DNA of 64,000 nt from Pirellulales bacterium. Lineage in GTDB: Bacteria; Planctomycetota; Planctomycetia; Pirellulales; PALSA-1355. Position 1 is the first letter of the stretch. Every line of letters starts with the position of its first letter. Below the pieces are notes generated by a model that was not told where the DNA came from, did no database searches, and saw only the letters and a program-made list of their open reading frames with translations. The DNA is taken from positions 1 to 64,000 of the forward strand of contig CAVTBU010000006.1 of the NCBI GenBank assembly GCA_963733035.1. The letters are read 5' to 3'. The translations under genes and the position numbers were made by a program. Positions 41,801-51,679 of the stretch are shown in pieces.

Positions 41801-42473
41801 AGTGTTGCGATGCCAGTTGTGCCGGCGTACGACCTGGAAACGGCAACTGGCCGGTCAGCATCTCCTGGTAGACGATCGCCAGGCTGTATTGGTCGCTTCT
41901 CTGACTGGGGCGGTCGTCGAAGACCTCGGGGGCGGCATAGATTGGCGTCAGTCCGCCCATCAGCGACGCCGTTGCGTCGTGCTGCAGATCCTTGACGAGT
42001 CCAAAGTCGGCGACCTTAACATGTCCACCGACAAGCAGCATATTCTCGGGCTTCACGTCCAGATGTTGTAGCGAGAAGCTCTCATTCATGTAGTCGAGAG
42101 CATCGGCGGCGTCGCGCATATAGCGCAAAAGTTCTTCACGAGGAATTCCGTCTGCGCCGGTTTGTCGGAGCTGCTCGTACCGGTCCTTGAGGCTCATGTC
42201 GGCCAGTTCGGTAACGATGATCAGCTGACCGTCGACAATTTCGAACCGCTCGAGCGAAAGCAGGAAAGGATGCCGTACCTGCTTGATCCGGTCGAGCGCC
42301 TTCAGCTCTCGCGCCGCGCGGGCATCGTCGAAGTACCCGTAGACGAACTTGATGGCCTTGGTCAATCCACCCGGTGCCCGGGCACTCCAGACTTCGCCGT
42401 AGCCGCCGACGCCGATCCGGTCCTCGACCACGTATCCGGGAATCGGCTCGCTATTTCTCGGCACATGCGACAT
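38877..42473 (-). CDS. Ser/Thr protein kinase fused to a tubulin/FtsZ-like (Tubulin_2 / FtsZl1-type) domain
   Basis: Kinase motifs IGVGGYGEV, AIK, HLDVKPEN, DFG, APE. Then FLGIGGTA, LLLDTD, RPLGRLAL and tubulin signature SISGGTGGG; long helical C-terminus. Confidence 0.88.
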   Translation of the reverse strand: MSHVPRNSEPIPGYVVEDRIGVGGYGEVWSARAPGGLTKAIKFVYGYFDDARAARELKALDRIKQVRHPFLLSLERFEIVDGQLIIVTELADMSLKDRYEQLRQTGADGIPREELLRYMRDAADALDYMNESFSLQHLDVKPENMLLVGGHVKVADFGLVKDLQHDATASLMGGLTPIYAAPEVFDDRPSQRSDQYSLAIVYQEMLTGQLPFPGRTPAQLASQHLHASPRLSGLSANDQAVVSRALAKDPAERFPSCRSLIDALFGAKPSRDWPEAPGKRPASDTTSIKSSASKTDTDSRHRRGEQPATNTQVLGEEPAPLSESRCAASMALIGAAEPIVELGPLESDASATGLRPTLFLGIGGTAGRVLRQLRRRLGDRFGAAAGIPAMQMLLLDTDAKYLYQMTEGNRDTALADRETLALPLRSAHDYTTDGRNILSWLSRRWLYNIPRSLQTEGRRPLGRLALIDHEPQVLDRIRAALADMIAPEALAASTEITGQPFDSHAPRVFVIASISGGTGGGMVLDVAYAIRKLLRDAGCSDEGLCGIFTHSTDRNTSAAELATANAYACLKELQHYRESGYSPGGTTCDLTSPESNGAFPNVYFVPLGNDLNETEYEAATNVLASYLYLNAATPAGAALDRCRTSTSDEAAQVSLRGFGTVSIGSLQTSLPTLTTELLCQEVVDHWRGTGHERRSRNAPPSLFPPPSAAAAKLTSPEEQCQTLGINLANLRAAVAGLLDKELGGDADALYARLRANVQTQGQASPGTPCVRLLQAIHELFEPPDTGPDGLKISLPAAHVAVERGLKQLAAPKSEGLRGFILELVNNPEARVGWAIKARDALAVHLRALDAEATDQVKETLQNLHELERTVRATERNVPNRSRMFGARRAEQKHAAELDGMLLLVMRLRLQAYTLQGVVKLLRLLGSGITSAGDQIKDLQRELGQWSDQFDADFPWDDDDAPVAETILEEVEDALAGQLQSQLPRLAQRVDSRIQEQFLLPNGGLRNVCQRADAMRPAMLAALRTEARAEVLEALKAISLSDAVLGTDHDVERQTARLTACQEAARPKLIDCAGCQRLLAILPDREANAPLRDALGNLLNPQPTILNDSDADLTLCYEQQELSLPHVAARLISGRNDYTEIAARLHTRADVSWTELPRPSASAANEPGKQEAPRSQSTAEASIPAVTMTQPSASPASAR

Positions 42474-42481
42474 GACGGAAC

Positions 42482-43651
42482 CTACCTGAGGGCCGCGCGG
42501 GCGGGTGCCGCCGGGCGCGATTCGTGAATTAACGAGGCCACGGTCTGGGGCGTCCCGAACAAGTCTCCCTGGGCGAGCGTGCAGCCGAGGTTGCGGCACA
42601 CTTCAAGGTCAGCATTGTCGTCGATGCCGGTCGCGATCACCGCGCTGTCGAGGTCGTGGCTTGCCCGGACAATGAGTTGCACCTGACGTTGGCGATCGGC
42701 ACCGGAATGAATGCTCTTGAACATCGACGGGGCCAACTTGAGGTAGTCGGGAGCGACGTCCTTGTGCTCGCTGATACGCGCTTTGCCAGACGCATAGTTG
42801 TCATAGGCCACTTGGATCTGCACATCTCGCAAGCAGGCCAAAAGCGCCCGAAAGTCGGCAGTGCCGCGGACCGCGCTGTCGGGAATCTCGACAACGATCT
42901 GGCGGCTACTGCCAACCAGGTTTCGCAATTGACAGAGGTGGCTGATGAGCGCCGGTTCCGCACTTTCTGCCCCGGTGATCGCCAAGAAGAGCTTGCCGCC
43001 GTGTGGCAAAGTGACCGTTTCCTCGACAGCCAAACGGCGAAACAACTGTCGCAACCGTCCGGCCGCGCGACACTCCACTGGCGGCACTAGCTGTTCGCAG
43101 CGGGGACTGGGCGGCCGACCTGCGCCGTCGGAAGCGAACGCCTCGTGACCGAAGACCTCGCCACTGTCCAGCGAGATGATCGGTTGATATAGCGTTCGCA
43201 GGCAGCGATGGGTGACAACTTCGTGAGTGCGACGAACCGCGAAGATCGTTTCCCAAACGGCATTGCGCTCGCCAGAATGTCCCGCGTGGGCCATAACCTG
43301 TGTGGCCGTCTTGCGCGTCGCACCGTGCGAGCCGCAAAAGAATGTGAGTTCGACATCCGCGATTACGAGCAGGTCGCCGTCGGAAAGCGATGCCTCGTCG
43401 ATTCGTTGGCCATTGAGGAAAGTGCCGTTCGTGCTCCCCAGGTCACGCAATTTGAACTTTCGACCTTGGCGAGCAATTGTCGCGTGTTCGCGAGAAACCT
43501 GATTCGAGTCAATCTGCAAGTCGGCCGTCTCATTCCGTCCGATGGTAAACGGAAACGAGGCCAGCGGGATTTTTTCAGTTGACCCATCCGGTAGGTCTTG
43601 TTCGAGCCAAGGGGCGCTGACGGCGCCTTCCGGCATCACTTGGGTACTCAT
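42482..43651 (-). CDS. FHA + degenerate EAL domain protein
   Basis: FHA motifs IGR, VSREHA, DLGSTNGT. EAL-like YQPI, EAF, EIPD, DNYASG, ATGID, AQG. Confidence 0.88.
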   Translation of the reverse strand: MSTQVMPEGAVSAPWLEQDLPDGSTEKIPLASFPFTIGRNETADLQIDSNQVSREHATIARQGRKFKLRDLGSTNGTFLNGQRIDEASLSDGDLLVIADVELTFFCGSHGATRKTATQVMAHAGHSGERNAVWETIFAVRRTHEVVTHRCLRTLYQPIISLDSGEVFGHEAFASDGAGRPPSPRCEQLVPPVECRAAGRLRQLFRRLAVEETVTLPHGGKLFLAITGAESAEPALISHLCQLRNLVGSSRQIVVEIPDSAVRGTADFRALLACLRDVQIQVAYDNYASGKARISEHKDVAPDYLKLAPSMFKSIHSGADRQRQVQLIVRASHDLDSAVIATGIDDNADLEVCRNLGCTLAQGDLFGTPQTVASLIHESRPAAPARAALR

Positions 43652-43868
43652 CTGTGTGGTTATTGCTCTTGGGGTGCCCGTGAGGGTGCGCAGCGCCCGG
43701 CCGAGAAAGGCTGGCGAAATCCACAACCCGCGCAGTCATCAAAAAACCTTGGAATCGCATTTAAACCATAGCTCATACCGGCCTGGACAATGGCGATAAG
43801 CTAAGTTCTCGATGGTGCCTCGCGCGTGGGCACGTAGCTGTAACTCCCTTTCGGAAGACGCTCCGCAT

Positions 43869-45275
43869 ATGGAAGTCAATCCCGCTTCGCAAACCTTGAA
43901 GGTTCTGGTTGTAACGGAAGATCGCATTTTACAGCGGCAGCTGTCCGGTTTCTTTGAGCTGGTTGGCTACCAAGTGCTACAGGCCGCCGAGCGTCCATCG
44001 GCGCTTGCGGCCGTGGCGGCAGAAAGTCCGCAGATCGTACTGCTCGACGCGGAACTGGCCGCCGCCGGCGACTGGGAACTTTGCAGCTTGCTGGCACAAC
44101 GTCAGCCGGGGAGCGCGCCGTTCAAGTTCGTGCTGGTCGACGAACCGGACGTACAGCAATTGCACGAAGCGCTCGAAGCGGGGATCGACGACTTCTTGAT
44201 CAAGCCGGTGGCCTACGGCGAACTCCTTTCGCGGATGAGGTCTGCCGCCCGCGTGCTGGAATACGATCGGCGCGTGAGTCAACAGAGTCGCGTCGATCCG
44301 CTGACGGGGCTGCTCAGCCGCGCGGCGATGTCCGCCCACTTGCGGCGGCAACTTGCCGACCACGCCGGGACTCCGCGCGTGGCCTGCGTGGTGCTGGATA
44401 TCGACTTCTTTTCCCGTATCAACAGGCTGCATGGCGCGGCTGCGGCCGACACCCTGCTGCAAGCCTTTGCACAAGAGCTTAGTCGTTTGCGGGTTGGTTC
44501 CGAGGTGCTAGGTTGTTTGGGCGTCGACCGCTTTTGCGTGATGCTGCCCGGCACGAATGAGGAGACGGGGGCGGAATGGGCCGAGAATGCACGCGAGGCG
44601 CTTACCGCGTGCAGCTTCAAGATCGGCGAAACGCATTGCACCGTCACTGTAAGCGTCGGCGTGGCCGGCTGCGAGGCCTCAGAGCGGGCCGAGCAATTGA
44701 TTGACCGCGCGGTTCAGGCCTTGCATAGTGCCAAGAAGCTAGGGCGCAATTGTGTCGTCACGTGGACGGAACAAGCGTCGCACGGCAATGAATTTGGTGC
44801 CGCGGACAAGCTCTTTGAGCATACAACCGTCCGCGATGTTATGACGCCTTGCACGGTGTTTCTGGGTCCAAGCGAGCCGGTGGCCGAGGCAATTGAACTT
44901 CTTGATCGCACGCGGCTCGACGGGATTCCGGTGGTCGACGCAAAAGGCAAGTTGCTTGGAGTATGCGAGCGCGTGAGTCTGGCTGAATTGGCCGAAACGG
45001 ATGATTCCCGCACCGTTCGTGATGCGATGACGACCGGCATCCAGTCGTTTAACGATGACGCGAGCCTGGCTGAACTAATGGACTATTTTACACGCGACAA
45101 CAATTCGCTGGTGATGGCCGTCACGGCGGGGAGACCGGTAGGATTCGTCACTTGCAACAGCCTGGTGGCGCTGTCGCGGCCCGTGAAAAGTGCCAGTCTT
45201 GTTTCCGAGCTCGAATACTGCGACAACAGCGACTACCTGTTGGTGCCCGATGTGCGACCGCTTGAAATGGAGTAG
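43869..45275 (+). CDS. REC + degenerate GGDEF + CBS pair protein
   Basis: VLLD...DFLIKP; DPLTGL, DIDFF, GVDRF in place of GGDEF, AKKLGRN; VRDVMT and IPVVD CBS motifs. Confidence 0.88.
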   Translation: MEVNPASQTLKVLVVTEDRILQRQLSGFFELVGYQVLQAAERPSALAAVAAESPQIVLLDAELAAAGDWELCSLLAQRQPGSAPFKFVLVDEPDVQQLHEALEAGIDDFLIKPVAYGELLSRMRSAARVLEYDRRVSQQSRVDPLTGLLSRAAMSAHLRRQLADHAGTPRVACVVLDIDFFSRINRLHGAAAADTLLQAFAQELSRLRVGSEVLGCLGVDRFCVMLPGTNEETGAEWAENAREALTACSFKIGETHCTVTVSVGVAGCEASERAEQLIDRAVQALHSAKKLGRNCVVTWTEQASHGNEFGAADKLFEHTTVRDVMTPCTVFLGPSEPVAEAIELLDRTRLDGIPVVDAKGKLLGVCERVSLAELAETDDSRTVRDAMTTGIQSFNDDASLAELMDYFTRDNNSLVMAVTAGRPVGFVTCNSLVALSRPVKSASLVSELEYCDNSDYLLVPDVRPLEME

Positions 45276-45335
45276 CGAGTTGGGTGTGCGTCGATTCAAC
45301 CCTGCCAAGAGGCGAGTTGGGGCCGACTTACTCGC

Positions 45336-46658
45336 TTACTTGTTGATCACCACCGTGAAGTAGCTATCAACCACGCGGTCAAAGTACTCCGGCAGCATCT
45401 CGACCGGCAGATCGTTATAGGCACAGTAGTTACGTACCTGGCCCAGCAAGTCGCGCGGATGACACCGTCTCAGGGGCCGTTTGCCCTGGTAGTGTTTCTC
45501 CAACAGATAGTCAACAACCTCCGGACGGTACTCGCACTCGAACTTCTGGCAATAGAGTTCAAACAGCGTATGAAACTCTTCAGGGTTCGGATTGTCGATT
45601 TCGATCTTGTAGGGAATGCGTCGCAGAAAGGCCTCGTCGACCAGATCACTCGGCTCCAAGTTCGTTGAGAAGATTATCAACTGCTCAAATGGTACCTGGA
45701 ATTTCTTGCCCGTGGACAAGGTCAGGTAGTCTTGCCGGGCTTCCAGCGGAACGATCCAACGGTTGAGTAACTCGGCCGGTTCGATACGCTGTCGGCCAAA
45801 GTCGTCGATCAGCAAACAGCCACAGTTGCTCTTCAGTTGCAACGGGGCTTCACTGACGTTGGCCCGAGGATCGTGCCTGATTTCCAGGCTGTCCAGCGTC
45901 AGTTCTCCGCCCACGACAACCGTGGGACGTCGGATCTTGATCCAGCGGCGATCGAAATTCGCCGATCGCAGGATGCTTTCCTCGCGTTTCTCGACTGCCT
46001 CGTGATACGCGTTGTCGTAGAGCTTGATGATCTGGCCGTCTTCGATCAGGGCGTGGGGCACCCAGATATGCTGGCCAAAACACATGGTAATTCGCGTGGC
46101 CAAAGTCGATTTGCCGTTGCCGGGGTTTCCATAGAGAAAGAGGCCGGCCCCGGAGTTGATGGCCGGTCCCAGCGTCTCGAAAAGTTCATGTTCGACGCAA
46201 ATATCCGAAAACGCGTCAGTGAGTTGGCTGCGCTCTGGCGCTTCCGCTCGAATCGTTTGGGCCTCGACCGACAGCACGTAATCGGACAGCGGCACCGGGG
46301 CGGGACCGATATACGCGCAGGCCTCGAAGTAGGTTTGAGCGCGGGCGCGACCTTGCTCGGTCAGGGCGTAACTGTAGTCGCTGAGCGCCGCCGATCCAGT
46401 GTGTACGATAATCTGCCGCGTGCGGAGATCCTTGTAGATTGGCTCGAGCAGGCCGAACGGCAAGCACAAGTGGTCGGCAATCGCGCGGCCACTCGTTGTG
46501 CCCACGAGCGAGAGGTATTTGCAGACTTGCGCTTCGACCAACGATGCGGGCAATCCGGCTTCGTCCAACGAGTGGGGTTCTGCCGGACGAAACGCCTCGT
46601 CAGACAGCAATGTCGCGAGCAGGCTCTCGCGGGTATCTTTCGTGGAGGTAGTCGACAT
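45336..46658 (-). CDS. AAA+ family ATPase with N-terminal wHTH-like region
   Basis: Walker A GNPGNGKST, LLIDDFGRQ, FSTN, DEAFLRRI. Confidence 0.88.
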   Translation of the reverse strand: MSTTSTKDTRESLLATLLSDEAFRPAEPHSLDEAGLPASLVEAQVCKYLSLVGTTSGRAIADHLCLPFGLLEPIYKDLRTRQIIVHTGSAALSDYSYALTEQGRARAQTYFEACAYIGPAPVPLSDYVLSVEAQTIRAEAPERSQLTDAFSDICVEHELFETLGPAINSGAGLFLYGNPGNGKSTLATRITMCFGQHIWVPHALIEDGQIIKLYDNAYHEAVEKREESILRSANFDRRWIKIRRPTVVVGGELTLDSLEIRHDPRANVSEAPLQLKSNCGCLLIDDFGRQRIEPAELLNRWIVPLEARQDYLTLSTGKKFQVPFEQLIIFSTNLEPSDLVDEAFLRRIPYKIEIDNPNPEEFHTLFELYCQKFECEYRPEVVDYLLEKHYQGKRPLRRCHPRDLLGQVRNYCAYNDLPVEMLPEYFDRVVDSYFTVVINK

Positions 46659-46924
46659 AAGCTTTCTCCCGAACGAGGTCGATGCCGATCCGCAGGGATT
46701 CGCAACCCTCAAAAGAAATGTAGGTTGCGTTTCTGGGACCGGCTGCTGGCAAATGGCGGCTCGGGAACCATCGACAAGTGCTGCAATAGCCCTGTCATAG
46801 GGCTCGGCAAGACGGCAAATGTGGAGAGCGGCTTGGGGTCGATATACGCGTATCGTGGAGCCCGGTGCGCATGGCGAGACATGCCTATCTGGAGGTGCCA
46901 TATTGGCAAGTCGGATGACTCGAC

Positions 46925-48388
46925 TTACGCAAGTAAGTCTTCGATGACTCGGGCCTCGGCCACGCCGGTCAACTTCTCATCGAATCCGTTGCGGTAATAG
47001 GTCAGTTTTTCGACGTCGAGACCCAGCAGGTGGAGCACGGTTGCATGCCAATCGCTGACGCTGACTGGATTTTCAGCCGCGGCAAAACCGAGTTCATCGG
47101 TCGAACCATAAGTGAGGCCGCGCTTGACACCGCCACCGGCCATCCATCCGCACATCGCACGTTTGTTGTGATCGCGGCCGGCATTTGCGGCGTCCATTCC
47201 GGCGCCGATCTGGGCAATGGGGAGTCGGCCCATTTCACCGCCCCACAGCACCAGGACGTCGTCGAGCATCCCTCGCTGTTTCAGGTCTTGCAGCAACCCA
47301 GCCACCGGCAGATCGGTACGATCGCAGGCAGACTTCATTGCGCTGGCAAGTTTTGCGTGATTGTCCCAGATCTGGCCATCGATAAAGATCTGCACGAATC
47401 GGACACCCCGCTCGACCAGCCGCCGCGCCATGAGGCAGCGGCGACCGTACGAATCGGTTGGCTCCTTGCCAATCCCATAAAGTTCCATCGTGGCTGCTGA
47501 TTCTTTGGTCAGGTCGAGTGTATCGGATGCCGACATTTGCATCCGGGCTGCGAGTTCGTAACTTGCAATGCGGGCTTCGAGCCGCGGATGATTAGGACGC
47601 TGGCGACGGTGTGCGTCATCGAGCAGGCCAGCCAGCTGTCGTTCGATGGGCGTGATCTCGTCTGGTTCGTCGAAGTCCCGGTTGAGGTTCAGCACCGGAG
47701 CGCCTTGCGATCGAAAACGCGTCCCCTGAAAAACGGGCGGCAAGAAACCGCATTGCCAATTCTGCGTGCCGTTCACAGGCAGCCCTTGGGGATCGTCGAG
47801 CACGACATACGCGGGCAGATTCTGATTCTCGGTGCCCAGTCCATAGGTTATCCAGGAGCCCAGACTGGGGTAACCGGGCAACATGCGTCCGTTTTGGATC
47901 TGGAAGATCGCCGGCTCGTGCGTGATGTTGACGGTGTGCATCGAGCGAATGACCGAGATCTCGTCAGTGCATTTGGCCAAGTGGGGCATGGCGTCGGATA
48001 CCCACATGCCCGACTCGCCATACTGGGCGAACTTGAACGGGCTCTTCATCAAGGCTCCAGCCTCGTGCGGGTTTTCGACCTCGCCGGCAATCTGGTCGAA
48101 ATAAGGCTGGCCGTGCCGCCGCGCCAGCTCTGGCTTGGGATCGAACAAGTCCATCTGACTGGGACCACCGTTCATGAACAAGTGAATCACGGCTTTGGCA
48201 CGTGGTTCGAAATGCGGATTGCGGGCCACCAGGTCGGACGGCACGGACTTTTCCGCGGTTTTGGCAAGTCCGCCGGCCAGCACGTCGTCGTTCAGCAGGG
48301 AGGTCAGTGCCACTGCGGTGAATCCCGCGCCGACGTGTTCGAAAAATAGGCGGCGAGATAGCCTGGCGTGGATTGGCTTTTGAGCCAT
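46925..48388 (-). CDS. DUF1501 protein (Tat-exported)
   Basis: SRRLFF, GGPSQMDLFDPKP, WDNH, GEMGRLP, GRDHN. Confidence 0.93.
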   Translation of the reverse strand: MAQKPIHARLSRRLFFEHVGAGFTAVALTSLLNDDVLAGGLAKTAEKSVPSDLVARNPHFEPRAKAVIHLFMNGGPSQMDLFDPKPELARRHGQPYFDQIAGEVENPHEAGALMKSPFKFAQYGESGMWVSDAMPHLAKCTDEISVIRSMHTVNITHEPAIFQIQNGRMLPGYPSLGSWITYGLGTENQNLPAYVVLDDPQGLPVNGTQNWQCGFLPPVFQGTRFRSQGAPVLNLNRDFDEPDEITPIERQLAGLLDDAHRRQRPNHPRLEARIASYELAARMQMSASDTLDLTKESAATMELYGIGKEPTDSYGRRCLMARRLVERGVRFVQIFIDGQIWDNHAKLASAMKSACDRTDLPVAGLLQDLKQRGMLDDVLVLWGGEMGRLPIAQIGAGMDAANAGRDHNKRAMCGWMAGGGVKRGLTYGSTDELGFAAAENPVSVSDWHATVLHLLGLDVEKLTYYRNGFDEKLTGVAEARVIEDLLA

Positions 48389-48398
48389 GTCGTGCACC

Positions 48399-51300
48399 TT
48401 AGTCGATGTACAGGAAAGCGGCGGAATTGAAGAGTGCGTGGCAGAAGTTTTCGAGCGCCTTGCGAGATGCGGCCTCATCGTCGATACGATCCTCGATGAC
48501 GATTAACCGCGGCGTGCTTCCGCGTGTGGTCCCATGCACGCCGTCGTCCCAGTCCTGGCGATATGCTTTACCGTCTTCCTCGGCGGTTAGCGCCAGGGCC
48601 AGCTTACCGTCAGACCGGATCGCATTCTGTAAGAGTTGGAAATCGCCGGCCGTGGCTGATCGAGAACGGACGTAGTTTCCCGAATGCAGATCATCGGCTG
48701 ACAATTCGAGTCGTCCAAGCGCCGCAAGGTTTTGTGCTCGGTCTTGTTTTTCCAAGACAAAACGCGTCCAGTTGAGTCCGGTTACACCGGATGGAATGAC
48801 CGCCGCGAACTGATGAATCGCGCCTGGGTCGATCTGGCCGAGTTCCAGATACGCGTCCTTGATCGGCATCTTAGCCAGCTGGCTGACGTCGAACTCCAGG
48901 ACACCAATCCGTCGTGCCCCGTCGGCGGCAGCCCGCGACCAGACCGAGATCAAATCGTTCTCGCAAACGTTGTCTGGCGCTGATTCACGAATCCAAAGAT
49001 GGGTCGTAGCGAGCAGTTCGTGACGCGTCCCTGCGGCGACGCTGGTCCAGGCGGCTTTCAGCTTGCTCAGACCATTGCCGGCCGCCGACACTTCCAGGTC
49101 AGTTGGCGGTCGCCCGGCTGCGAGCCAGTAGGCGACTTCGATCTGCCGCTTTTCGTCCGCGCCGGCAACGTTCCAAACTCGGTCGGCGAAAGACCTGGCC
49201 AGGTTGCGCACGAGCGTACTGTTTTTTAACTGCAGTGCCTGGGGGGCCACGATCGACTCGCGCCGCTCGACGCAGTTGGGATCCATGCTTGCCACGTCGA
49301 AATTCTGCAGCATGGTCACCGGCTGAGTCCGCCGCTTGAGAGAATAGATGCTGCGACGCCACATCCCCTGGCCATCGGCTTGGACCGTGACGAGTCCCGC
49401 GGCGTTGGCAGACAGTGGATCTGGGGGGCCGAAGGGGCGCTCATTCAGCTTGCCCGCGACCGACAATAGGGCATCGCGCAGCACTTCGCCCTCCATCCGC
49501 CGCAATGGCATGCGTGAGAGGAGGGCATCGTCAGGATCCAGTCGGAGGTGCTCGTCCGTCACGTTTGACGACTGGCGATAGACCGAGCTGGTCATTAGTA
49601 GCCGATGCATCTGCTTGACGCTCCAGTCGTGATCGGTGAAATACACGGCGAGCCAGTCAAGAAGCTTCGGATGGGTCGGCGGGGCACCCGTAGTACCGAA
49701 ATTGTCCAGCGACTTCACCAAACCTTCACCGAAGTGATGTTTCCAGAGGCGGTTCACCATCACGCGGGCGGTGAGTGGATGACTCTTTTGCGTCACCCAT
49801 TTAGCCAAGGCCAAGCGGCGGCCAGTTTTCTGCGCCGGGCCACGGGGGCGAAACCTTGAAACGCGTGCGGCCATCGGTCAGCACTGAAGGCACACCAGGG
49901 CCGACCAGCGTCCCAGGTGTCAAGTAGTTGCCGCGGCGCAAGATGTATGTTGGCGACGGCTCGCCGCGGTCCCATACGGCGCGAATCATCGGCTGATCTT
50001 CCGGCTTGGCACCAGCGGCCTCCCAGGCTTCGCGTTCGGCCGTCGTCACGTACGGCAGTACCGATGACGCGTCGTCCTTGGGTTGGTCCGGTCCGCCGGT
50101 GCGCGGCGGCACCCAATCGTGTTCGTCGAGCGCGCCCTTGAGCGTCGCGGCCAAGCGATAGTAATCGCGCTGCGGAATCGGGTCGAACTTGTGTGAGTGG
50201 CAGCGGGCACATTTGATCGTCAAGCCGAGCACTGCCGAACTGAAGACTTCGATTTCGTCGTCAATCACTTCCAGCCGATCAGTGACGAAGCCGGTGATCG
50301 GCGCATACGTGGCATCGGCCGCCAAACGCAGGAATGCGGTAGCCACGAGATTGTCGTAGATCTCAGGAGTGATTTTCGGCGCGTTCTCATAGTCGGCCAG
50401 TTCGTCGCCGGCCAGTTGTTCGAGCAGGAAGCGATCGTAGGGTTTATCGCCGTTAAAAGCGCGGATCACGTAATCGCGAAATCGCCAGGCATAAGGTCGA
50501 ACCACATCGGCATTCTGAATGCCTTCCGAGTCGGAATAGCCGGCCAAATCGAGCCAATACTGTCCCCAGCGCTCGCCGTAGTGCGGAGAGGCCAAAATCT
50601 TTTCGACAAGTTGTTCATAAGCAGCGGGACTGGTATCAATCACAAATGCATCGATTTCGTCGGGCGTTGGTGGCAGGCCGATAAGATCGAAATACACGCG
50701 TCGTGCGAGCGTTCGTCTGTCCGCTTCGGGCGAGAGTGACAGTTTGTGCTCTTCAAGCTTTGCCAGCACGAACGCATCGACCGGATTGCGGACCTTGTCT
50801 GTCGCTCGAACCGGCGGTGGTTCGATTGACTTGGGCGGTTGAAACGACCAGAACCGTCGATCTTCGTCGGTCACGAGCGGATCGGGCTGTCCGTTGGCAA
50901 TGTCGGGTTTGATATCGCCGCGAGGTGCACCGGCAGCAATCCATTTTGCGAGAGTTTCGCGTTCGATTTCCGTCACCGGCCTGACCGAGTAAAACGCCAA
51001 CGTTTTACGGGGCGGCATCTCGCCCGCATGAATTCGCTTGTGAATCAAACTCTCGGCCGGATTTCCGGGAACGATTGCCGGGCCCGACTTACCTCCCTTG
51101 AGCAGGCTGGCGACGCTCCGCACGTCGAGCCCACCTTCTTGTCGTTGACGTCCATGGCAAATGGCACATCGCAACAGCAACGTCGGCAGAACGTCGTGCT
51201 CGGAAAGCTGCTTTTCGGCGACTTGGGCCGTATTGCCCATCGGCGCACCCGCGTCGATCCAGCGTTCGATGATGGCGATGTCCTCGTCATCAAGTTGGCC

Positions 51301-51657
51301 TTCGTCGGCCGGCGGCATAATGCGCTCGTGCGCGTATTCGTACAGTTTTCCCTCGCGCGGGTTCTCAAAGTCGAGAATTGGCCCCGACTCCCCGCCTCGG
51401 CGGATCCCCTCCGGAGTGCTCAGGTTCAGGGCCGACTTCTGGGTATCGCCGCCGTGGCAATACTCGCAACTGGCTGCGAAGATCGGCTGGACTTTCTGGG
51501 AAAAATAGCGTGCGTCGACGGCAGCTGCTTCATCGCCCTCGGCAATCACGTTGCCAGGCAGCAGACCAAGAATTGCCAAACCCACGGTCAGCACCAGGGA
51601 GGCATACCGTTTTGAGTGACGCGCATGTTTTCTCGCTGGGCACCGGTTCATGCTCAT
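48399..51657 (-). CDS. Dual planctomycete cytochrome c + DUF1549 + DUF1553 protein; frameshift near 49826-49830
   Basis: [34 protein letters not shown]; then [31 protein letters not shown]. Confidence 0.9.
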
Positions 51658-51679
51658 ACCGGGGTCGCGGGAAGGGTCG

